Virus record (IMG/VR): IMGVR_UViG_2563366943_000015
DNA: 21,542 nt
Direction: 5' to 3' (one strand)
Origin: a virus
Lineage: Duplodnaviria; Heunggongvirae; Uroviricota; Caudoviricetes
Below, piece by piece: positions 15,469-21,542 of the stretch. The number at the start of each line of letters is the position of its first letter. Position 1 is the first letter of the stretch. Under the pieces are notes generated by a model. It worked only from the letters and a program-made list of their open reading frames with translations, searched no databases and was not told where the DNA came from. Position numbers and translations under genes: made by a program.

Positions 15469-18144
15469 ATGAGCACCGATAAACAAGTTTACCCACTGTA
15501 TTACGAAGCAAAAAATGACAAAGTAAGAAAACGTCTCGGTATTAAAGGCGGTTTCTACTGGGCTGAAGCGAAAAAATTATCCATTGCCATCTCCCGTGGT
15601 GCTGTTGCGATTGACGATGCTGGCTACGATGAAGATGACGTTAAAAAACCTGTTCGCGTCAATTTGCCCGTTGTTGATGACCTTCCACCAGAAGGCGTAT
15701 TTGATACGGAATTCTGCAACCGTTACGAAAAAGGCGGGGAAGATGGCATCACAATGGTATTTATCGCGCCCTCATCCTCTGCGCAGGACAAGCCAGCCAG
15801 CACTGACAATACCAATGTTAATGGCGAAGACATGACGGAGATTGAGGAGAATATGCTACTCCCGATTTCCGGTCAGGAGCTGCCCATTCGCTGGCTTGCT
15901 CAACACGGCAGCGAAAAACCGGTAACGCACGTTTCACGCAACGAACTACAGGCATTACACATTGCACGAGCTGAAGAACTACCAGCCGTTACTGCCCTGG
16001 CTGTTTCCCACAAAACCAGCCTGCTCGACCCGCTGGAAATTCGCGATCTCCACAAACTGGTGCGTGATACTGACAGAGTTTTCCCTAATCCAGGCAATTC
16101 AAGCCTGGGGCTGATGACTGCTTTTTTCGAAGCATACCTGGACGCAGACTACACCGATCGCGGTCTGCTGACAAAAGAGTGGATGAAAGGAAATCGTGTT
16201 TCACGCATCACGCGCACGGCTTCCGGCGCTAATGCTGGCGGCGGGAACCTCACCGATCGCGGCGAAGGTTTCATTCACGATCTGACGTCACTGGCGCGCG
16301 ACGTAGCCACTGGCGTACTGGCTCGTTCAATGGACGTGGACATTTATAACCTTCATCCGGCACACGCTAAACGTGTCGAGGAAATTATCGCTGAAAATAA
16401 ACCGCCCTTTTCTGTTTTCCGCGACAAATTCATCACCATGCCTGGCGGGCTGGATTATTCCCGCGCCATCGTGGTTGCGTCCGTAAAAGAAGCACCAATT
16501 GGGATCGAGGTTATCCCCGCACACGTCACTGAATATCTTAACAAAGTACTGACTGAAACTGATCATGCCAACCCTGATCCAGAAATCGTGGATATTGCCT
16601 GCGGTCGTTCCTCTGCCCCGATGCCGCAGCGTGTAACAGAAGAAGAAAAACAGGATGATGAAGAAAAACTGCAACCATCTTGCGCAATGGCAGATGAACA
16701 GGCAACGGCTGAAACAGTGGAACCGGATGCAACTGAACATCATCAGGACACGCAGCCGCTGGATGCTCAGTCACAGGTAAATTCTGTTGATGCGAAATAT
16801 CAGAAACTGCGGGCAGAACTCTATGAAGCCCGGAAAAACATTCCGCCCAAAAATCCTGTCGATGCAGACAAATTACTGGCTGCCTCTCGCGGAGAATTTG
16901 TTGAAGGGATTAGCGACCCGAATGATCCGAAATGGGTTAAGGGAATTGAAACCCGAGATTCTGTGAACCAGAACCAGCCCAAATCGGAACAAAACAACCA
17001 GAAAGCGGAACAAAACAGCCAAAATGCACAGAAAAATGAGCCAGAAACGAAACAATCTGAACCAGTAGCGCAACAGGAACCGGAAAAAGTCTGTGCCGCC
17101 CGCGGTCAGAGCGGTGGCGGCAACTGCCCTGATTGTGGCGCGGTGATGGGCGACACCACATATCAGGAAACCTTTAATGAAGAAAATCTGGATGAATCTC
17201 AGGAAAAAGATCCGGAGGAAATGGAAGGCCCTGAACATCCGCACAATGAGAATGCTGGCAGCGATCCGCATCGCGATTGCAGTGATGAAACTGGCGAAGT
17301 CGCAGATCCCGTAATCGCAGGAGACATAGAGCCTGGTATTTATTACGGAATTTCGAATGAGAATTACCACGCGGGTCCCGGTGTCAGTAAGTCTCAGCTC
17401 GACGACATTGCTGATACTCCGGCTCTGTATTTGTGGCGTAAAAATGCCCCAGTGGACACCACAAAGACAAAAACGCTCGATTTAGGAACCGCTTTCCACT
17501 GCCGTGTACTTGAACCGGAAGAATTCAGTAACCGCTTTATCGTGGCACCTGAATTTAACCGCCGTACAACCGCCGGAAAAGAAGAGGAGAAAGCGTTTCT
17601 GATGGAATGCGCAAGCACAGGAAAAACGGTTATCACTGCCGAAGAAGGCCGGAAAATTGAACTCATGTATCAGAGCGTTATGGCTTTGCCGCTGGGTCAA
17701 TGGCTTGTTGAAAGCGCCGGACACGCTGAATCATCAATTTACTGGGAAGATCCTGAAACAGGAATTTTGTGTCGGTGCCGTCCGGACAAAATTATCCCTG
17801 AATTTCACTGGATCATGGACGTGAAAACCACAGCGGATATTCAACGATTCAAAACGGCTTATTACGACTACCGCTATCACGTTCAGGATGCATTCTACAG
17901 TGACGGTTATGAAGCACAGTTTGGTGTGCTGCCAACTTTCGTTTTTCTGGTTGCCAGCACAACTGTTGAATGCGGACGTTACCCGGTTGAGATTTTCATG
18001 ATGGGCGAAGAAGCAAAACTGGCAGGCCAGCAGGAATATCACCGCAATCTGAGGACTCTGGCTGACTGCCTGAATACCGATGAATGGCCAGCTATTAAAA
18101 CGTTATCACTGCCCCGCTGGGCTAAGGAGTATGCAAATGACTAA
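15469..18144 (+). CDS. recE: Exodeoxyribonuclease VIII, RecE, 891 aa
   Basis: C-terminal nuclease domain and central region match Rac RecE from memory (e.g. [24 protein letters not shown]...[11 protein letters not shown]); the N-terminal ~110 aa differ from the K-12 sequence as I recall it. Confidence 0.9.
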   Translation: MSTDKQVYPLYYEAKNDKVRKRLGIKGGFYWAEAKKLSIAISRGAVAIDDAGYDEDDVKKPVRVNLPVVDDLPPEGVFDTEFCNRYEKGGEDGITMVFIAPSSSAQDKPASTDNTNVNGEDMTEIEENMLLPISGQELPIRWLAQHGSEKPVTHVSRNELQALHIARAEELPAVTALAVSHKTSLLDPLEIRDLHKLVRDTDRVFPNPGNSSLGLMTAFFEAYLDADYTDRGLLTKEWMKGNRVSRITRTASGANAGGGNLTDRGEGFIHDLTSLARDVATGVLARSMDVDIYNLHPAHAKRVEEIIAENKPPFSVFRDKFITMPGGLDYSRAIVVASVKEAPIGIEVIPAHVTEYLNKVLTETDHANPDPEIVDIACGRSSAPMPQRVTEEEKQDDEEKLQPSCAMADEQATAETVEPDATEHHQDTQPLDAQSQVNSVDAKYQKLRAELYEARKNIPPKNPVDADKLLAASRGEFVEGISDPNDPKWVKGIETRDSVNQNQPKSEQNNQKAEQNSQNAQKNEPETKQSEPVAQQEPEKVCAARGQSGGGNCPDCGAVMGDTTYQETFNEENLDESQEKDPEEMEGPEHPHNENAGSDPHRDCSDETGEVADPVIAGDIEPGIYYGISNENYHAGPGVSKSQLDDIADTPALYLWRKNAPVDTTKTKTLDLGTAFHCRVLEPEEFSNRFIVAPEFNRRTTAGKEEEKAFLMECASTGKTVITAEEGRKIELMYQSVMALPLGQWLVESAGHAESSIYWEDPETGILCRCRPDKIIPEFHWIMDVKTTADIQRFKTAYYDYRYHVQDAFYSDGYEAQFGVLPTFVFLVASTTVECGRYPVEIFMMGEEAKLAGQQEYHRNLRTLADCLNTDEWPAIKTLSLPRWAKEYAND

Positions 18145-18946
18145 GCAACCACCTATCGCAAAAGCCGATCTGCAAAAAACCCAGGGAAACCGTGCACCAG
18201 CAGCAGTAAAAAATAACGACGTGATCAGCTTTATTAATCAGCCATCAATGAAAGAGCAACTGGCAGCAGCTCTCCCACGCCATATGACGGCTGAACGAAT
18301 GATACGTATCGCCACCACAGAAATTCGTAAGGTTCCGGCGCTAGGAAACTGTGACACCATGAGTTTTGTCAGTGCGATCGTTCAGTGTTCACAGCTCGGC
18401 CTTGAGCCAGGTAGCGCCCTCGGCCACGCATATTTACTGCCTTTTGGTAATAAAAACGAAAAGAGCGGTAAAAAGAACGTTCAGCTAATCATTGGTTATC
18501 GCGGCATGATTGATCTGGCTCGCCGTTCTGGTCAAATCGCCAGCCTGTCAGCCCGTGTTGTCCGTGAAGGTGACGAGTTTAGTTTTGAATTTGGCCTTGA
18601 TGAAAAGTTAATACACCGCCCGGGAGAAAACGAAGATGCACCAGTGACCCACGTCTATGCTGTCGCAAGACTGAAAGACGGAGGGACTCAGTTTGAAGTT
18701 ATGACGCGCAAACAGATTGAACTGGTGCGCAGCCAGAGTAAGGCTGGTAATAACGGGCCATGGGTAACTCACTGGGAAGAAATGGCAAAAAAAACGGCTA
18801 TTCGTCGCCTGTTTAAATACCTGCCTGTCTCAATTGAAATCCAGCGTGCAGTATCAATGGATGAAAAGGAACCACTGACAATCGATCCGGCAGACTCCTC
18901 TGTATTAACCGGGGAATACAGTGTAATCGATAATTCAGAAGAATAA
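18137..18946 (+). CDS. recT: Recombinase RecT, 269 aa
   Basis: [24 protein letters not shown]... matches RecT; RBS AAGGAG 7 nt upstream; the start overlaps the recE stop. Confidence 0.9.
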   Translation: MTKQPPIAKADLQKTQGNRAPAAVKNNDVISFINQPSMKEQLAAALPRHMTAERMIRIATTEIRKVPALGNCDTMSFVSAIVQCSQLGLEPGSALGHAYLLPFGNKNEKSGKKNVQLIIGYRGMIDLARRSGQIASLSARVVREGDEFSFEFGLDEKLIHRPGENEDAPVTHVYAVARLKDGGTQFEVMTRKQIELVRSQSKAGNNGPWVTHWEEMAKKTAIRRLFKYLPVSIEIQRAVSMDEKEPLTIDPADSSVLTGEYSVIDNSEE

Positions 18947-18990
18947 TTCAGCCTGGCGGTGTAATGCACCGCCAACGTGAGACAGTTTTT

Positions 18991-19197
18991 ATGACAAAAA
19001 TTATGAGATATGACGATGTTAAACCATGTCCGTTTTGTGGTTGTCCATCTGTTACGGTGAAAGCAATTTCAGGATATTACCGGGCAAAATGCAACGGATG
19101 CGAATCCCGAACTGGCTATGGTGGAAGTGAAAAAGAAGCACTCGAAAGATGGAATAAACGAACTACTGGAAATAATAATGGAGGTGTTCATGTATAA
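18991..19197 (+). CDS. ralR: Restriction-alleviation protein RalR/Lar, 68 aa
   Basis: MTKIMRYDDVKPCPFCGCPSVTVKAISGYYRAKCNGCESRTGYGGSEKEALERWNKR matches Rac RalR from memory. Confidence 0.75.
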   Translation: MTKIMRYDDVKPCPFCGCPSVTVKAISGYYRAKCNGCESRTGYGGSEKEALERWNKRTTGNNNGGVHV

Positions 19198-19378
19198 AAT
19201 TACTGCCACTATTGAAAAGGAAGGTGGCACTCCTACTAACTGGACAAGATATTCAAAATCTAAATTAACGAAATCAGAATGCGAAAAAATGCTCTCAGAA
19301 AAAAAAGAAGCAGGCGTTTCCAGAGAGCAGAAAGTAAAGCTGATAAATTTTAATTGCGAGAAACTTCTGTCCTCGTGA
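19190..19378 (+). CDS. ydaC: YdaC-like small protein, 62 aa
   Basis: MYKITATIEKEGG...; RBS GGAGG upstream; overlaps the ralR 3' end. Confidence 0.55.
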   Translation: MYKITATIEKEGGTPTNWTRYSKSKLTKSECEKMLSEKKEAGVSREQKVKLINFNCEKLLSS

Positions 19379-19433
19379 GTTGCATTATATACAAATTAGA
19401 ACTTCATAGCTGATTATTAAAAATCAACCACAT

Positions 19434-19462
19434 CCGCCAGTATTCTGTATATTTACTGGCGG
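19434..19462. promoter_or_regulatory. 9-bp inverted repeat upstream of xis
   Basis: ccgccagta-ttctgtatatt-tactggcgg, 17 nt before the xis start. Confidence 0.35.
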
Positions 19463-19478
19463 TCATATCGTAAGAGGT

Positions 19479-19766
19479 ATGGCAATGAATCTTGTGACAC
19501 TCAAAACGTGGGGAAAACTCAGATATCCGGATAACCCACCATCAATATCAACGCTGAGACGATGGGCAAGGAATGGAAACATTTATCCTGCACCTGAACT
19601 ACACGGGAGGAGTTACAGGGTGGTTCCGGAGGCTTTCTATATCAACCCAAATAAGGTTGATACCGATATAACACACCATCAGCCTAATGGGCGACAAGGG
19701 AGAGACAGTCCGTTACTGGAGAAGTTAAAACATGCAGCGGAAAAAATACGATCCCAATTTGCCTAA
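19479..19766 (+). CDS. xis: Excisionase-like protein, 95 aa
   Basis: Immediately upstream of int and overlapping it by 35 nt; RBS AAGAGG. Confidence 0.65.
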   Translation: MAMNLVTLKTWGKLRYPDNPPSISTLRRWARNGNIYPAPELHGRSYRVVPEAFYINPNKVDTDITHHQPNGRQGRDSPLLEKLKHAAEKIRSQFA

Positions 19767-20808
19767 AAACTTAACATATCGAAGGAGGGACAAAGCATAT
19801 TACTGGCGCAACCCTCTGACGAAAGAAGAATTTACACTAGGTAAAATTTCAAGAAGAGATGCAGTAGCGCAGGCAATTGAAGCAAATCATTATATATACA
19901 AAAACTACTCTCCTGCTGCCTTAATTGAAAAGCTTAAAGGGTTCGACTCATTTACTATGGCTGACTGGATTGAACGTTACAAAACGATTCTTATAAGGAG
20001 AAAAGTGTCCAGAAATACTTATAAAATTCGGGTAAATCAACTGGAGACAATAAAAGAAAAATTGGGGGAAATTTTACTGACAGAAATAACCACTCGCCAT
20101 ATTGCCGAGTTTCTTGATTTGTGGATTGAAGGAGGGAAAAACACAATGGCAGGATCAATGCGTTCTGTGTTGTCTGATATGTTTCGTGAGGCCATTGTTG
20201 ATGGACGTATATCTCAAAATCCAGTAACGCCAACAAGAGCACCGAAAATAGTAGTTACAAGAGAACGACTGAAACTAAAGACATACAACTGCATCAGGGA
20301 GGCAGCAGATCAACTTCCGGCATGGTTCCCATTAGCTATGGATTTAGCCCTTGTAACAGGACAACGTCGCGAAGACATAACGAATATGCGCTTTAGTGAT
20401 ATTTATGATGATCGTCTCCACATCAGGCAAATTAAGACAGGAATGATGATTGCTATCCCCCTGTCACTCAGCCTTCCTGTCGCTGGTCTACGGCTTGGTA
20501 CAGTAGTTGAACAGTGCCGCCTGGTAAGCCGGGGAGATTATCTAATCAGTGCCGGGATTAGAAAAAACAGCCCTGACGGCAGCATTCACCCGGATGGCCT
20601 GACAAAAAAATTTGTCGCAGCCAGAAAATTAACAGGTATCCAGTTCAGTGAAAACCCACCAACTTTTCACGAGATCAGAAGTCTGGCTGGACGATTGTAC
20701 AAAGAAACATGTGGAGAAGAATTTGCTCAGCGTCTACTTGGTCACACATCGGAGAAGACAACAAAAATGTATCTTGATGAGAGAGAAAAAACGTACTTAC
20801 TACTCTGA
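19732..20808 (+). CDS. int: Tyrosine integrase, lambda Int family, 358 aa
   Basis: N-terminus [25 protein letters not shown] and C-terminal catalytic region [12 protein letters not shown]...[16 protein letters not shown] parallel lambda Int. Confidence 0.9.
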   Translation: MQRKKYDPNLPKNLTYRRRDKAYYWRNPLTKEEFTLGKISRRDAVAQAIEANHYIYKNYSPAALIEKLKGFDSFTMADWIERYKTILIRRKVSRNTYKIRVNQLETIKEKLGEILLTEITTRHIAEFLDLWIEGGKNTMAGSMRSVLSDMFREAIVDGRISQNPVTPTRAPKIVVTRERLKLKTYNCIREAADQLPAWFPLAMDLALVTGQRREDITNMRFSDIYDDRLHIRQIKTGMMIAIPLSLSLPVAGLRLGTVVEQCRLVSRGDYLISAGIRKNSPDGSIHPDGLTKKFVAARKLTGIQFSENPPTFHEIRSLAGRLYKETCGEEFAQRLLGHTSEKTTKMYLDEREKTYLLL

Positions 20809-20939
20809 TTTTAACGTAAATGGATTGTTAAATGTATTTTGGTTGTGATATAACCAAAAAAGACCGGAATACAGAAATTCGAGTAAATTTCGGGGAATTT
20901 CGGGAAGACGTTTGCAACTGATTGATTTTAAATACAATT

Positions 20940-21042
20940 AAAAAAAGACCGAATACGATTCCTGTATTCGGTCCAGGGAAATGGCTCTTGGGAGAGAGCC
21001 GTGCGCTAAAAGTTGGCATTAATGCAGGCTTAGTTGCCTTGC
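20940..21042 (-). ncRNA. sdsR: sRNA SdsR (RyeB)
   Basis: Minus strand reads GCAAGGCAACTAAGCCTGCATTAATGCCAAC...CCCTGGACCGAATACAGGAATCGTATTCGGTCTTTTTTT, matching the SdsR sequence as I remember it, including the terminator hairpin plus T7. Confidence 0.7.
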
Positions 21043-21132
21043 CCTTTAAGAATAGATGACGACGCCAGGTTTTCCAGTTTGCGTGCAAAATGGTCAATAA
21101 AAAGCGCGGTGGTCATCAGCTTAAATGTTAAA

Positions 21133-21170
21133 AACCGCCCGTTCTGGTGAAAGAACTGAGGCGGTTTTTT
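21133..21170. terminator. Bidirectional intrinsic terminator between ryeA and yebY
   Basis: accgcc...ggcggt interrupted stem flanked by AAAAA on the left and TTTTTTT on the right. Confidence 0.6.
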
Positions 21171-21200
21171 TATTGGAAATCAAAAGGCTATTTTAGGTAA

Positions 21201-21542
21201 TTAACAGAGTTTTTCAGCTCGCTCTATAAACGGTGCCAGACTCATTTTTTCGCCGGGATTGTTAGGATCATCAATCTGAATCACCGAAATGGGTTGGGCT
21301 TTAGTCTTCCCACTGGCAACTTCCTTTTGTGCGATATCGTTTAAAGGATACTGCACGAGGGTACTTGGGTTAATGACATACAAAGCATTACCTGGTCGGC
21401 AAGTCAGCATCACCTCTTCGCGATTAAACGCCCATTTGTCTTTACCCACTTCAAAACGGCTGACGGTAATCACCTGCGGTGCCGCCAGCGCAGCTGCAGA
21501 ACTGGTGAGTAACAGAAACGCCAGAATACTTTTTTTCATCAT
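21201..21542 (-). CDS. yebY: Host periplasmic DUF2511 protein YebY, 113 aa
   Basis: [20 protein letters not shown] signal peptide; sequence and the sdsR/ryeA neighbourhood agree with E. coli yebY from memory. The gene start coincides with the window end. Confidence 0.7.
   Translation of the reverse strand: MMKKSILAFLLLTSSAAALAAPQVITVSRFEVGKDKWAFNREEVMLTCRPGNALYVINPSTLVQYPLNDIAQKEVASGKTKAQPISVIQIDDPNNPGEKMSLAPFIERAEKLC

Larger units (their letters stand above)
1..20935. mobile_element. Lambdoid (Rac-type) prophage, late/lysis end to int end; window starts inside the element
   Basis: Contiguous phage modules: pinholin, Q-like gene, Cro/repressor immunity region, O-like and DnaC-like genes, recET, xis-int; host sdsR and yebY start right after int. 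The right boundary is approximate (between the int stop at 20808 and the sdsR 3' end at 20940). Confidence 0.8.
20940..21170 (+). ncRNA. ryeA: Antisense sRNA RyeA (SraC), approximate extent
   Basis: Established knowledge that ryeA is encoded opposite sdsR; a plus-strand terminator lies at 21133..21170 and a possible -10 TACAAT at 20933..20938. The 5' end is not determined. Confidence 0.35.

Noticed and set aside
16327-17724. Several minus-strand ORFs of 74-165 aa inside recE (16327..16743, 16538..16774, 16873..17370, 16937..17161, 17394..17666, 17482..17724)
   Set aside because: They lie fully antisense within the well-supported recE reading frame, have no RBS and have low-complexity or Cys/Phe-rich translations typical of antisense artefacts.
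17734-18042. 102-aa minus-strand ORF at the recE 3' end
   Set aside because: Antisense to the conserved RecE nuclease domain; no RBS.
18769-18975. 68-aa minus-strand ORF at the recT 3' end
   Set aside because: Antisense to the recT coding sequence.
19991-20848. ORFs inside or overlapping int (19991..20242 minus, 20648..20848 plus)
   Set aside because: Nested within the integrase gene, which has the full catalytic motif set.
20828-21097. 89-aa minus-strand ORF across the att/sdsR region
   Set aside because: Covers the sdsR sRNA and its terminator; more plausibly non-coding.
1-21542. CRISPR arrays, rRNA genes, IS elements or transposases
   Set aside because: No regularly spaced direct repeats, no rRNA-like sequence and no transposase-like ORF were seen; the only mobile element evident is the prophage itself.

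Overview
Almost the whole window (about 1..20935) is one lambdoid, Rac-type prophage, read here from its late/lysis region to its integrase end; the last ~600 bp are host DNA carrying the sRNA sdsR (ryeB) with its antisense partner ryeA and the start of yebY. Minus strand, right to left: Cro-like/CII-like regulators (YdaS/YdaT-like), O-like and DnaC-like replication genes, a run of eight tightly coupled nin-like genes of unknown function (two are very acidic small proteins), a Hok type I toxin, a Q-like antiterminator with a tR-prime-like terminator, a NanS-p-like esterase, an S21-type pinholin, then an unrecognised 268-aa protein where the endolysin should be. Plus strand: a RacR-like repressor with terminator, a pL-like promoter, then ydaF-kilR-ydaE-racC-recE-recT-ralR-ydaC-xis-int. 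The most interesting signals are (1) the unknown two-gene cargo at 1..1131 in the endolysin slot, (2) three copies of a 19-bp palindrome GTAACGC-N5-GCGTTAC in and beside the O-like gene, (3) integration into the sdsR/ryeA sRNA locus with a nearby partial duplicate of the sdsR 3' end, and (4) the tandem acidic small proteins. All calls rest on reading the ORF translations, remembered family sequences and motifs visible in the DNA; no database search was run, and the names given to the poorly characterised proteins are tentative.
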